The notes beneath the pieces were generated by a model. It saw only the letters and a list, made by a program, of their open reading frames with translations. It was not told where the DNA came from and searched no databases. A DNA stretch of 64,000 bases, taken from positions 1-64,000 of the IMG/VR virus record IMGVR_UViG_3300009703_004110; one strand, given 5' to 3'. Shown here piece after piece: positions 26,747-36,917 of this stretch (the first letter of the stretch is position 1; each line of letters begins with the position of its first letter). A program made the position numbers and the translations under genes.

Positions 26747-29125
26747 TTACATCACTTTTGCAGCAAAAGTTGCTAACTTACTCCTTTCTCCCCTAACTAG
26801 GGTTATATGCCCAGAGCCTTCAAATTCTTTAAATTTGTCAACTACGACGCCCAAGCCAGATGTTTTTATGTTTAATTTATCAGAATCTATCTGGTCCAAA
26901 TCTCCAAGTAATACAATCTTTGAGTTATTGCCCATTCTTGTAATTAAAGCTTTGGCTTCTTTCATATTGATATTCTGAGATTCATCAATAATAAAATAAG
27001 TATTAGGAAGCGTTCGTCCCCTAATATAAGATAATGCTTCGATTTCAATCTGACCTTTCTCGAACATCAGATTGATATAACCACCGCCATGTTTTCCTAA
27101 TAGAACTTTAATATTGTCCATCACAGGCTGTAACCAAGGCAACATCTTTTCTTCTTTGGTTCCAGGCAAAAAGCCGATCTCCTTAGAAGTACTTTCTGCG
27201 GGACGAGATATGATTATCTTTTCATAAGTACCAGCTTGAAGCTCCTGCAAACCTGCAGCAATAGCAAGCAAAGTATTATGTGTTACAATATAATCATCTG
27301 TAATATACAGATGATCTTTGCTGTCGATCATGATGCATTGAGTCTCTTTCTTTGAAAGCTTATCGATTTTATCAATATATTTTCTAAGATTAACAGAACT
27401 CGTTGGACGCCACCTATTAGCCTTTCTTGATAATAAAAATGGACAAAATTCTTTAGAAAGTGAAATGGTTACTCTAAAAGACTCTTTACCTATTTTGGTT
27501 CTTCCTTTGTATTTATAAGTAGTAAATCTACTATTTACAGTTGCTTTGCCACCTAACGAACGAACAATTTCTGCCAAGTCATTTGCAAGCTTGGCAGATG
27601 TACTAGTAAATGTTGATTTTAAACCAGATTTGGTCACTGTGCCGTCTGTATCCATCAAGCCTCTGATTATAGACAATCTATCTCCTACGGATGATAGCTT
27701 ATAATCCTTTGGAATAAACTTATCTTCAGAACCTAAGCCCTGTAATTTAAGCTCAGATAAAAACTCTTTTAGTGGATTTGCAAAATTATTTCTTTTGTTT
27801 CCATCTTTAGTAATCCTATAATCATATTTCGAACCATTTATTTTTGAAATCTTACACCCAATTGACGGTAAGTAATCTGCAAAAAAATCTAAAATTTCAT
27901 TATCTGCCGATGATAAACATGGTGAACCAGATTTTATATATCCGTCTCCAAGTAAACATCCTAATATATATGGATCAATTTTTAACTCTTTAAAATCAAA
28001 CTCTATAGGAGATACAATTGGAATTGAGTGATTTCTTTTTCCATTTTTATTTCTCAAGGATTTTGAAATCTCTTCTAAAGATTTAACTTCACCTTTTCTA
28101 TTATAATCACGATCTCTCTGAGTTCTTGTTAGCCATAAATGTTCTATACATGACTCTGCAGATGTACCATCAGAAAATGTTATCTTATAGACATCCTTTT
28201 TTCCCTGCGGAAATACCCCAATAACATTAGCCATAGATCCGTCCGGTGTTAATACTTTACTTCCAAGCTTAATATCGCCCATTTTAACCCAACCATCTGG
28301 TGTTAAAATTCTCGAATAAAGAGGCTGCGCTTTTCCGCACCCCGCCATGCCAGTTAAGGTCACCATTGAAATACCGGGATCTAATAGCAATTCTAAAGCA
28401 AGAGTTTGCTCTTTATTTCTCGGTCTAATACCCTGAACTTTAAACTTTTTAGTAGAGCCGGCATAATGTAGCTTTCTCCAAATGCCATCTGTCCAGACCC
28501 TTGCTAGAGCGCTTTGCTGCCCTGACTTTAAAATTAAGAATTCATTTGAATAGTAGACGTCATCTAGATCAAATTCTTTCGGATCTATTTCTCCTTCTGC
28601 ATAAAAAGTATCTATAATTGACTCTTCAACCGCTAAGGTATGGACTCCGGTGAACTCACCTTCTTCTCTTTGCGCGATTAAATCTGATATACAGCAACAA
28701 TCAATCTTAAGCGCATCACACTTAACTCGTAAAGCAATATCCTCACTGACCAAGGTTACATTATCAAATACAGCCTTTGACTGCTTGGCTACTGCAATAA
28801 TTCTATTATCGACTATATCCTTCATATTTGGCGGAAGGACTGATAAATCTGATGTTGATATAACAAAGATTCTTGAATTATTTTGGGTAATGACACCCTT
28901 AAAAATACTTCCAGTCTTTCTTAGCGCATCAAGCCTTCTATTTACCTGCCTCGCTGAGGCGCCAGTGACATCTCTATATGTTTTAAGTTTGTCAAGCTCC
29001 TCCAAGACTTCTAGTGGAATATAGATGTCGTGGTCTTGTATGACATCTGTTAGTTCTGGAAACGCTATAAGTGATGAGGTATCAACTACTAAAATAGCCC
29101 TTCCTAATGCTGAGCTTTTACTCAT
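26747..29125 (-). CDS. phoH: PIN-PhoH (PhoH2/YlaK-type) protein, intein-containing
   Basis: PIN VVDTS/VLEELD/DNRI; Walker A GMAGCGK|T; IGFLPG, IRGRT, IIDESQN, TRMG. Confidence 0.93.
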   Translation of the reverse strand: MSKSSALGRAILVVDTSSLIAFPELTDVIQDHDIYIPLEVLEELDKLKTYRDVTGASARQVNRRLDALRKTGSIFKGVITQNNSRIFVISTSDLSVLPPNMKDIVDNRIIAVAKQSKAVFDNVTLVSEDIALRVKCDALKIDCCCISDLIAQREEGEFTGVHTLAVEESIIDTFYAEGEIDPKEFDLDDVYYSNEFLILKSGQQSALARVWTDGIWRKLHYAGSTKKFKVQGIRPRNKEQTLALELLLDPGISMVTLTGMAGCGKAQPLYSRILTPDGWVKMGDIKLGSKVLTPDGSMANVIGVFPQGKKDVYKITFSDGTSAESCIEHLWLTRTQRDRDYNRKGEVKSLEEISKSLRNKNGKRNHSIPIVSPIEFDFKELKIDPYILGCLLGDGYIKSGSPCLSSADNEILDFFADYLPSIGCKISKINGSKYDYRITKDGNKRNNFANPLKEFLSELKLQGLGSEDKFIPKDYKLSSVGDRLSIIRGLMDTDGTVTKSGLKSTFTSTSAKLANDLAEIVRSLGGKATVNSRFTTYKYKGRTKIGKESFRVTISLSKEFCPFLLSRKANRWRPTSSVNLRKYIDKIDKLSKKETQCIMIDSKDHLYITDDYIVTHNTLLAIAAGLQELQAGTYEKIIISRPAESTSKEIGFLPGTKEEKMLPWLQPVMDNIKVLLGKHGGGYINLMFEKGQIEIEALSYIRGRTLPNTYFIIDESQNINMKEAKALITRMGNNSKIVLLGDLDQIDSDKLNIKTSGLGVVVDKFKEFEGSGHITLVRGERSKLATFAAKVM
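27275..28330 (-). mobile_element. Class 3 intein (Ala1) with LAGLIDADG endonuclease, in PhoH Walker A
   Basis: AQPLYS...HLW...GLMDTDG...TQCI...VTHN|T; 352 aa. Confidence 0.9.
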
Positions 29126-29165
29126 GAATGTTATCTCCTAAGGATAGTTTGAATACTTTAACTGG

Positions 29166-29510
29166 TTACTCCATATCAATTTCTTCTTCTATGAAGGTCC
29201 ATGCCTCTATTACTATTTCATAGTATTTTTCGCCTGTTTCTTCCTCTGTTTTTAAAATAAAATCCGGGCCGGCCCATTCGCCTACAGTCTCTTCTTCAAG
29301 ATCTATCCGAAGTGCACTAACGCCCGGATATGTAATGATTTCTATTTTGTACTGCTCTATTAAAAGCTCCACTTGCTCTGGCTGCTCTAGACTAGCTAGC
29401 TCACCCATATCTACGCCAAGAGCTGTCAGAAGGTCATTAAGCCACTCGTGCTTGACCTCCTCAACATCTTGCAGATAACCTGTTCGATTGGCGAGCAGTC
29501 TAATCTCCAT
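29166..29510 (-). CDS. Hypothetical acidic protein
   Basis: 114-aa ORF abutting the RNR stop. Confidence 0.7.
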   Translation of the reverse strand: MEIRLLANRTGYLQDVEEVKHEWLNDLLTALGVDMGELASLEQPEQVELLIEQYKIEIITYPGVSALRIDLEEETVGEWAGPDFILKTEEETGEKYYEIVIEAWTFIEEEIDME

Positions 29511-32500
29511 TTAAAACTCTATAGTGCATGTGGCCCCATCACAAAACTTGTCCTCTTTCTCGTGGACGCTAAAGCTTAAATCAATATCTTTTAGATTGCT
29601 AGATAGTTTCAAGTATTCTTCTCTAGAAATAGTCTCGTAAGGTGCCAATTTATATCCGTGGTCATTCAATGGTAGGAAACTTATGGACTTTAGTCTGGTC
29701 TCATACATAGAAAGTGCTGTAGAAATTTGCTTAGCCTCAGTCTCGTTGAATGTAATTGTGGCAGAAACTTGATTATCAGCCCAGTATCTTTGCATCTGAG
29801 CTACTAACTCTAATTGCTCCCACATACTAGCATCATACTTAGACTTAACAAAATTCTCTATGTAAATAGGAAAGTCAACGACCATAGAGTCTGGTTGATA
29901 AGGGCATGGGTTTACCTGATGTCCTGCCTCAATACATGCCGGAATAATAGGAGAGTCTTTCTGAATTCTAATTCTTCTAATATAGTATTCGCTATGATCA
30001 AAATGAACACCAGGAGAAACACCTGGCAAGAGAGAGACTGTACCACTCGGCTTAACAGATGTCATTTTAATAGAGCGAGGTACGCAAAGCCAGTCGCTAT
30101 ATTTCTTGTCCAATCCTCTAATTCTATCGTATCCACTATCACACCATTCCATATGAGCACGGTACCCAACTTTTGCAATATTATTTTGGATACCAGACTG
30201 AGAGCAACCAATTCTTCTATTACGCATCATTACCGCATTAGTACGTGGGTCGTGCGTTGGAAGTAGTGTGACCGTTTTGGCATATAAATATGCGTACTTA
30301 AGGGTCGCCAGATAATCCTCAAGGCTTTCGTGATTAACAGGGAAGGTCTCGACTAGACAGCATAACTCAAAGCTCTCTAGCGTTTGCTCAGAACAGTTGT
30401 GAACAATAATTCCATTTGCCCCAAATCTATGTACTTCATCAATAGTACAATCATATACCTTTTCAATACCAATATAAGTAACCGACTCTACTTCTGCAAC
30501 AAATCTTTCTCTATTTAGAGTTCGTCTATAATCATTCATTCTAAGTCGTAATTTATCATTTCTTTCCATTTCATCAAAATTAATCTGTAATAAAAAGTGT
30601 GATAAATTATCATTACTAATTACTAATTCATGCATAGCATTACATTCATATAGTTTATATCCACTTTTTCCATCTGGTAGCAACCGCTTTCCAGCTTCGC
30701 GCCTATTTCTATAAACTGTTGAATTAACTCCAAAATTAAGTAACATTTTTTGAATAATTAATAAATGCTGCTCGTTTGCTAATCCTATTCTAACCGAAAG
30801 TCCCTTGGTTTGAGTGCCCTGAACTGAGCCATCTGCATCAAAAAAGCCACGTAAAAACCCTGCTTGAAATTTAGATGATGTACATAATAAGGTGCTTTCA
30901 TTTATTATATTTTTTTCATGATCAATTCCATAATCTATTGCTTTTTCCCAAAGTTGCCGACTTTTAATTGAGACCATATCTTTTGAATCTATATTACACC
31001 CATTTCTATTAGAGTGATACCTAGGATCTCCCCCCAAGGTCTTTGTTCTTTCTATAGCAAGATTAAGCATATCATTTTTTGTAGATCCCCAATATTGCAA
31101 AATTCCTGATTTTTGCTCTTTATGAAAATATCCATCTCCTAGCAAGCCACCCAATAACCATCCTTCATTAAATGAGCCATCGCCTTCCCAGCTAATAAGA
31201 TTATTTTCATTATATCTTGTGTCATTTAATATCAACTTATCACCAGCATCTAAATCACCAGCTTCTACCCATAATTCATATCGCTTTTTTCTTGTAATTT
31301 TTGGAGCAGTTAATATCTTGTGATCTTCGGTTACTTTAATAGAATGTCCTTCTTTTGTTTTAACCAAATATACTGGCTTTGTTCCTGTTTCAAAAACACC
31401 GGTTTTACAGTTATATTTTTTTCCATTGACTATAGCTATAAATGGTTTATCAAGCATTTCATCTGCTCTAACAGGTCCTTCTTCTGTAAAAATTAAGGTA
31501 TCTCCGGTAATACATGGGTTGGCACCCTCTGCTCTCCTATCTTTCCAGTTAGGTGGCTCCATCATACGACCGTAAGCTCTAGCGTTATGAAGCCACATAA
31601 ATCCAGGCTCGCCATTTACTTTGATCATATCAGCAAACTTAGAATAATCTATCCCAATTTCTGCAAAAATAGAATTATTAGAGGCCCAACGACGATCTTC
31701 TAAGGCTTCTTTGTTAAGTTTTAAAGATCTAAACTCTTTATCTTCGGGAGATCCGAACATAATTTCGGCAATTCTGCGCACATTACCTGCAACAACACAT
31801 TTGCCGACATAATTAAAGATGTCCACAATTTGTGTTGAATTAATCTCATAAGGTGTGAACTCTTGTATCTCAATAGAAAAAGATAAAGGCTCTGGGCGTT
31901 CTGTTTCTGACATAACTGTAGTAGGTGTAATTTTAGTATCGTTTGGTACCAAAACAGAGATTATATTCTCATGCAAATTTCTTAATGGGCCGGCACCAGA
32001 CGCAGTTCCACCGAATCCTCTAATTGGGGCTCCGTATGGTCTAATTTTAGAATAATTAAAAACTGGAATAGAGCCTCTTCCGACAAAGGCATCCAATAGA
32101 ACTCTAACAGATTCTACCCAGCCTTCTCTTGTGTCAGGGATTACCCATTCCGCCTGTGCCATTTTCGGTGTTTTAATAGTAACAAGGCCGGCACCTTTTA
32201 CATCTCCACCGACACCAACTCCAAGCATTGACATATCCATAAGAAACGTAAATGGTGAGGCAAAGTCTGATGAAATATCCTTAGTACTTGTGAAAGCGCA
32301 ATTATTTAAAGCAGCACTTCCCATTTTCCATATTTGAGGAACCCCCATCATCCAAAGTCCGCGTCCTGGTGGAAGAAATTTAAACTCCCACATTCTAGTA
32401 AACATTTCTTGAGCACTTCTTTGTGATTTATGAGCATTCCAAGGCAGCCTTAGTCTTTCACAGTGTGACCTCTGAATATTATAAACACCTTCAACAACTC

Positions 32501-32675
32501 TTTGGCAAGTTTGCCAAAATTCTTCGGTTCTCCCGGACTCTTCATCAATTACTCTAGCGTAAGTTCGCTTATAAGTAACATATCCGAGCGGGCCCCACTT
32601 CGGTTGCTGGTCTATAAAGTTCGACATGAACTTGGTAGACAGCTTAAACGGGTTCGCTGGAAAAGACAGCATCAT
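29511..32675 (-). CDS. nrdJ: Class II (AdoCbl-dependent, monomeric RTPR-type) ribonucleotide reductase, intein-containing
   Basis: PPGRGLW, ALNNC, GNVRR, GANP|C.E, VKPSGT, C-terminal CDGATC. Confidence 0.93.
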   Translation of the reverse strand: MMLSFPANPFKLSTKFMSNFIDQQPKWGPLGYVTYKRTYARVIDEESGRTEEFWQTCQRVVEGVYNIQRSHCERLRLPWNAHKSQRSAQEMFTRMWEFKFLPPGRGLWMMGVPQIWKMGSAALNNCAFTSTKDISSDFASPFTFLMDMSMLGVGVGGDVKGAGLVTIKTPKMAQAEWVIPDTREGWVESVRVLLDAFVGRGSIPVFNYSKIRPYGAPIRGFGGTASGAGPLRNLHENIISVLVPNDTKITPTTVMSETERPEPLSFSIEIQEFTPYEINSTQIVDIFNYVGKCVVAGNVRRIAEIMFGSPEDKEFRSLKLNKEALEDRRWASNNSIFAEIGIDYSKFADMIKVNGEPGFMWLHNARAYGRMMEPPNWKDRRAEGANPCITGDTLIFTEEGPVRADEMLDKPFIAIVNGKKYNCKTGVFETGTKPVYLVKTKEGHSIKVTEDHKILTAPKITRKKRYELWVEAGDLDAGDKLILNDTRYNENNLISWEGDGSFNEGWLLGGLLGDGYFHKEQKSGILQYWGSTKNDMLNLAIERTKTLGGDPRYHSNRNGCNIDSKDMVSIKSRQLWEKAIDYGIDHEKNIINESTLLCTSSKFQAGFLRGFFDADGSVQGTQTKGLSVRIGLANEQHLLIIQKMLLNFGVNSTVYRNRREAGKRLLPDGKSGYKLYECNAMHELVISNDNLSHFLLQINFDEMERNDKLRLRMNDYRRTLNRERFVAEVESVTYIGIEKVYDCTIDEVHRFGANGIIVHNCSEQTLESFELCCLVETFPVNHESLEDYLATLKYAYLYAKTVTLLPTHDPRTNAVMMRNRRIGCSQSGIQNNIAKVGYRAHMEWCDSGYDRIRGLDKKYSDWLCVPRSIKMTSVKPSGTVSLLPGVSPGVHFDHSEYYIRRIRIQKDSPIIPACIEAGHQVNPCPYQPDSMVVDFPIYIENFVKSKYDASMWEQLELVAQMQRYWADNQVSATITFNETEAKQISTALSMYETRLKSISFLPLNDHGYKLAPYETISREEYLKLSSNLKDIDLSFSVHEKEDKFCDGATCTIEF
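30396..31514 (-). mobile_element. Intein with LAGLIDADG endonuclease, directly before the RNR catalytic Cys
   Basis: NP|CITGDT...GFFDADG...IIVHN|CSEQ; 373 aa. Confidence 0.93.
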
Positions 32676-33198
32676 TAGCCTCCATATAATCTTTTACTTT
32701 TTGTATTGATCTCTTTTTTAGAATACGCACACGCTCGACAGACACGTTCAGCTCTTGGCTTATTGAGGTTAGAGTGTGCTCTTCGAGTAAAGACATGTAT
32801 AATATTTTTTGTTCTCTATTCGAAAGCATTTTGCAACTTAAAACCTCTTTTACCAGCACAACATTTTCCTGCCATTTTACATTCAAACCGCTAAGATTAA
32901 TAGACTTCAGTGGTCTGTATTTTTTCTGAAAGTCTCTACTTGCATTAGCAAAATGCCAGTTGGACCATCGGTAAAAGTCAAAATGTCTATGGCAGTCAAA
33001 AGTTTTAATGGAGGTCCAGAGGGCCAAGTTAAATTCCTGCTCCAAATCCTCCACATGAGAAAAACTTCTAAATTTTTTTATTCTACTAATAACAAGTGGA
33101 CGCAGTTTCAAAAACAGATCTGCCTGCCATTTACTAGAAGTACCGTTAGCGTTGTCTGAGAATATGCTATGAACCTCATGATTACTCAAGAGAGACAT
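32644..33198 (-). CDS. Sigma70-family sigma factor (regions 2 and 4)
   Basis: EDLEQE..LALW.SIKTFD (region 2); LSNREQKIL...TLTSISQELNVSVERVR (region 4); start at MSLLSN. Confidence 0.85.
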   Translation of the reverse strand: MSLLSNHEVHSIFSDNANGTSSKWQADLFLKLRPLVISRIKKFRSFSHVEDLEQEFNLALWTSIKTFDCHRHFDFYRWSNWHFANASRDFQKKYRPLKSINLSGLNVKWQENVVLVKEVLSCKMLSNREQKILYMSLLEEHTLTSISQELNVSVERVRILKKRSIQKVKDYMEANDAVFSSEPV

Positions 33199-33199
33199 T

Positions 33200-33751
33200 T
33201 TATTCCTTATCTTCGCCTTGTCTGTATTGCTCAGTGAACGCGCCATCCTTCCACATTCGGACAGTTAGTGTTTCTTCTGACAATGTAAATGTCGCAACCA
33301 CATCATCCCGTACAGAGAATGAGGCCGCAGATATATGTCTCGTGCCGCTTCCTTCCGGTATTTCTAAGGATGGCTCTTCAACGGTTAGATATATTCCAGT
33401 GCCAAGAATTTGGCCATTATGATTAATTACAATGGCACCGTCATCTCCGCTTTCAAAAATCTTATCCACCTCTTGATCAAATTGTCCAAAAGCAACATTC
33501 ATATACTTTTGAATTAGATTCTTGCCAAGCTGGCGCATACCAGGTACGGCGTGATCATGATATCTATCAAAGGCTCCTAGGACCACTAAAACCCCGATGC
33601 GCTTTCCTTTCTTTTGCAAATTATCAGCTAGAGAGCACATCAAGGAATATATTTTCTTTTCCGATCGCTCTCTTGCCATGTTAAATTGATATGAGTAATC
33701 TACGTGTGGTTCTTTACGAACTGTTACATTTGTTTCAGCAGATTCAGCCAT
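33200..33751 (-). CDS. Stand-alone diadenylate cyclase (DAC/DisA_N) domain protein
   Basis: DGA motif (DDGAIVI), GTRHISAA, LSEET. Confidence 0.85.
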   Translation of the reverse strand: MAESAETNVTVRKEPHVDYSYQFNMARERSEKKIYSLMCSLADNLQKKGKRIGVLVVLGAFDRYHDHAVPGMRQLGKNLIQKYMNVAFGQFDQEVDKIFESGDDGAIVINHNGQILGTGIYLTVEEPSLEIPEGSGTRHISAASFSVRDDVVATFTLSEETLTVRMWKDGAFTEQYRQGEDKE

Positions 33752-33762
33752 GATATCTCCAA

Positions 33763-35205
33763 TTACTTTTTAAAGGTTACGTTATACTTTTCGTCCTCTT
33801 CATCATCTTGTATGCTGAGACCAAGCTCATCATAAGTATAATGAATTGTCTCACCTTCATTATCGACAGTTTCTAGGTTTATAATCCCTGGCCAGATATC
33901 ATGTATATACTCTAATACATTTTCAACGTGCTTAGGATCTAACGTACCAATTTGTCCACTCTTGTGCTCTAGCTCGATGCCCATAGCGGAGGCCTTACTT
34001 ATTGCGATAATGGGGGCACGGTAGTTGTAAATACCCCTTGCTATATATTCTACCACGTCCTCTACATCCGTACTTTTAATTTGTATGATTTTCTCTTTTG
34101 CTCGGTTGTAACCCTGCTTATAGACGAACATCTTAAGCTTGTCGACAATGGCCTGTGTCAGATAATTTCTCAAGAAGGAAATATCGTCTTCATCTTCTAC
34201 TATCTGAAGTATTTTTTGCAGCCCCGTTACGTCTGAGCTGCCTGCTTTATACATTCTATCCCATCGCTCTCTAACGTCATTTAAGATGGTGAAGCCCAAA
34301 AAGTATGGATTTATATTAAGCTTATTGCTACCTGGTTGAACAACACGTTCATGAATCTTGACAAACTCAAGATACTCGTGTGGAGATAATTCATCATCAG
34401 AAAGCAGATACATTAATTCTGCATGAATGAAGCTGGCAAAACCTTCATTCACAATCTTAGTGCAGTACTGAGGATAGAAGTAAAAGGACTCTTCTCTGAT
34501 GATCTCAAATATATCTCTTTCCCATGGTTCTAAATTGGCATAATTGGCGAAGAACCAAAGAAGGTCCTCTTCTGGTCGCGGAGGAAACTGGTCATTCTCA
34601 ACCACCTGCTTAAAAGAAGGCTCCTTGTCAAGCCCGAACATATCGTCAAACTCGTTCTCTTTTCTTTTTTTCCAGACTTTCTTTCGACCCTCATATGGCT
34701 TTCTATGTATATCTCTCTTCCAGTTAATATTTTTGTCCATAGCAAATGCTGTGTCCATAATTCTTTCAACTGTATCAAGACCATACTTTGTAATATATTC
34801 CTCTACTCTGGCTGCTCGCTCTGCTGCATGATAGACCATCTTGCGATCTGTTTTCTTAAACAAATAGTTGTTCTTAAAGAAGTGCACGTGCCCTATGACG
34901 TGAGCAATAACCATTGTATTTGCGATGTTACTGTTAGATTCGAGCAAGAATGCATAGGAAGGGTCATTGTTGAGCACAAGCTCATAAACCTTAGACATGC
35001 CCATCTCACCCTGAGTCTTCTGATACTCATAACTTTGACCATAAGACCAGTGACGAGCCCTAGTGGGAAGACCATAGCTCATAATTTCTAGCATTACTTC
35101 TTCCGGTACAACTTCCCACATAATCGGGAAGAAATCTAACCCAAGATCCTTCTCGGCCGTTTCTTCGAACATTTTGGTTCGTCTGGCTAAAACTTCATTC
35201 ATCAT
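33763..35205 (-). CDS. spoVR: SpoVR/YcgB family protein
   Basis: HWSYG, YELVLNNDP, AHVIGHVHFFKNN, TKIVNEG, NPYFLG. Confidence 0.93.
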   Translation of the reverse strand: MMNEVLARRTKMFEETAEKDLGLDFFPIMWEVVPEEVMLEIMSYGLPTRARHWSYGQSYEYQKTQGEMGMSKVYELVLNNDPSYAFLLESNSNIANTMVIAHVIGHVHFFKNNYLFKKTDRKMVYHAAERAARVEEYITKYGLDTVERIMDTAFAMDKNINWKRDIHRKPYEGRKKVWKKRKENEFDDMFGLDKEPSFKQVVENDQFPPRPEEDLLWFFANYANLEPWERDIFEIIREESFYFYPQYCTKIVNEGFASFIHAELMYLLSDDELSPHEYLEFVKIHERVVQPGSNKLNINPYFLGFTILNDVRERWDRMYKAGSSDVTGLQKILQIVEDEDDISFLRNYLTQAIVDKLKMFVYKQGYNRAKEKIIQIKSTDVEDVVEYIARGIYNYRAPIIAISKASAMGIELEHKSGQIGTLDPKHVENVLEYIHDIWPGIINLETVDNEGETIHYTYDELGLSIQDDEEDEKYNVTFKK

Positions 35206-35704
35206 CTAGCTCCTCATCAAATAGGTCAAGGAAGTCCTTGGTTGACATATTTCTTGTCTCATCTAAAAATGTATCAAAATCTGCACCGCCACGTATCTTG
35301 GTACCACTATATATAATCCTATCTAAAGATTTTGGTACTGGTACGCCATTAGAGTTGGGACTTAATGACGTGTATTGCATCTTCTTATTAAAGACATCCA
35401 TGTGGTAGATCAATTCATTACGAATATAATCTGGGCACTCATCAAAAACCTCTTCAAATGGTATAGTGACATATCTTATCGACGCTCTTGCACTATTTCT
35501 CAAAGCTTTTCTGCCAACAGCGGTAGATTTATCTACCTTATGAGGCCCAGGCGCCCTTCCAACGACCTTTTTCTTCCATATAGCTCCATCTCTTCTGATG
35601 GTTACAATGAAACCTGTATGCTTTAAGGTGAATTCTCCTCTTTCCAGAGAGATTGGAGTTAATAGCCCTGTTTTAAAAGCCTTTTTAACTGCCTCAGACA
35701 TCAT
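35195..35704 (-). CDS. Hypothetical protein with FEEV..LxYHMD motif
   Basis: IPFEEVFDECPDYIRNELIYHMDVF; lies between yeaH-like and spoVR. Confidence 0.7.
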   Translation of the reverse strand: MMSEAVKKAFKTGLLTPISLERGEFTLKHTGFIVTIRRDGAIWKKKVVGRAPGPHKVDKSTAVGRKALRNSARASIRYVTIPFEEVFDECPDYIRNELIYHMDVFNKKMQYTSLSPNSNGVPVPKSLDRIIYSGTKIRGGADFDTFLDETRNMSTKDFLDLFDEELDDE

Positions 35705-36915
35705 GACTTTACTTTTCTTCTTCGCTTCCTAACAACTCGTTTCTTTTTATTAGAAACATCATCTATATTGAAGAACTTTTTAAGAGCGTCAAAAACATCA
35801 TCACGTTCTTGAAGTCTAAGTGTAACATACCTAGTTCTGGTGATGCCTTTATCTAAGATATCTGATAGTCTATCATGATTATTAAACCATGCACTTTCTC
35901 GTTCTACATTTGGAATTATCTCTCCGTATCCTATTGCCCTACACATAGGAAGAAGTCTTTTGACATATTCTAGGCAAATATTATTATCATTTCCCCAGTT
36001 ATCACCATCACTGAACTCAATTAAATAGTTATTCCATCTATCTGGCGGATGATGTGATGACATATGTTCATAAGCAAGCTTAAAGGCTGAGCTGCACTGA
36101 GTTCCCCCCGAAGAGTTAATGGAGAAGAACCTTTGCTCGGTTTCAATCCAGGCCTTAGAATCATGGGCTATAAAGACTATATCTATTTTTTTGTATCGTC
36201 TTCTTAAGAATTGAACCATCCAAAAGAAAAAGCTTTTTGCGATGTGCGTCTTCTCTTCACCCATAGATCCTGAACGATCCATTAGAAGATAAACAGCGGC
36301 ATTAGAATGGTATTCTTTAGTAACGTCCCACTCTCTGTACCTAAAGTCATCTTGGTGAAACTCACCTACTTTGGCATCGCCTTTAGCGGCGTTTCTAATC
36401 AGGTTCTGTATTAGAGTTCTTTTGATATCAAGATTTGGCATAATGCCTTTTTTCTCAATAGAGGAAAACTCTTCTAATTCTGACTCAATCTGGGTCGCAC
36501 CTTTTGGCTCCATCCACGGTAAATCTAATTCTTCCAGGAGAATATCGACCACTTCGTTGATTGACACTTCTGCATCGTAATACTTTTCCCCATCTTCATT
36601 ACCGGCGCCTTGGCCCTTACCTTGTTGACTCGGACCTTTGCCTATCTTATATTTATCGCCCTTTTTGCCATCAAGACCTTGTCCAACCTCCTGGTTGTCT
36701 TTAATTCTGCCATATTTAAACCTATATCTGTCAAGATACTTTACCGGTACTTTAATTTTCTTATCGCCATCGGATCGTATGACATCATATTCTGTGATCA
36801 GGTCTTTACCATTTTTACGAATAGCGCGCTTAACCAGCTCTTTATGTCGAGCTGAGTCTCGCTTACCTCGTCTTTTCAACTTCCATATATCAGAAAGGCT
36901 ATCATACTTTGGCAT
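35701..36915 (-). CDS. yeaH: YeaH/YhbH (DUF444) vWA-domain protein
   Basis: D..RH, LELP-like LDLP, MDRSGSM (MIDAS), SGGTQCSSA, SDGDNW. Confidence 0.92.
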   Translation of the reverse strand: MPKYDSLSDIWKLKRRGKRDSARHKELVKRAIRKNGKDLITEYDVIRSDGDKKIKVPVKYLDRYRFKYGRIKDNQEVGQGLDGKKGDKYKIGKGPSQQGKGQGAGNEDGEKYYDAEVSINEVVDILLEELDLPWMEPKGATQIESELEEFSSIEKKGIMPNLDIKRTLIQNLIRNAAKGDAKVGEFHQDDFRYREWDVTKEYHSNAAVYLLMDRSGSMGEEKTHIAKSFFFWMVQFLRRRYKKIDIVFIAHDSKAWIETEQRFFSINSSGGTQCSSAFKLAYEHMSSHHPPDRWNNYLIEFSDGDNWGNDNNICLEYVKRLLPMCRAIGYGEIIPNVERESAWFNNHDRLSDILDKGITRTRYVTLRLQERDDVFDALKKFFNIDDVSNKKKRVVRKRRRKVKS

Positions 36916-36917
36916 TA

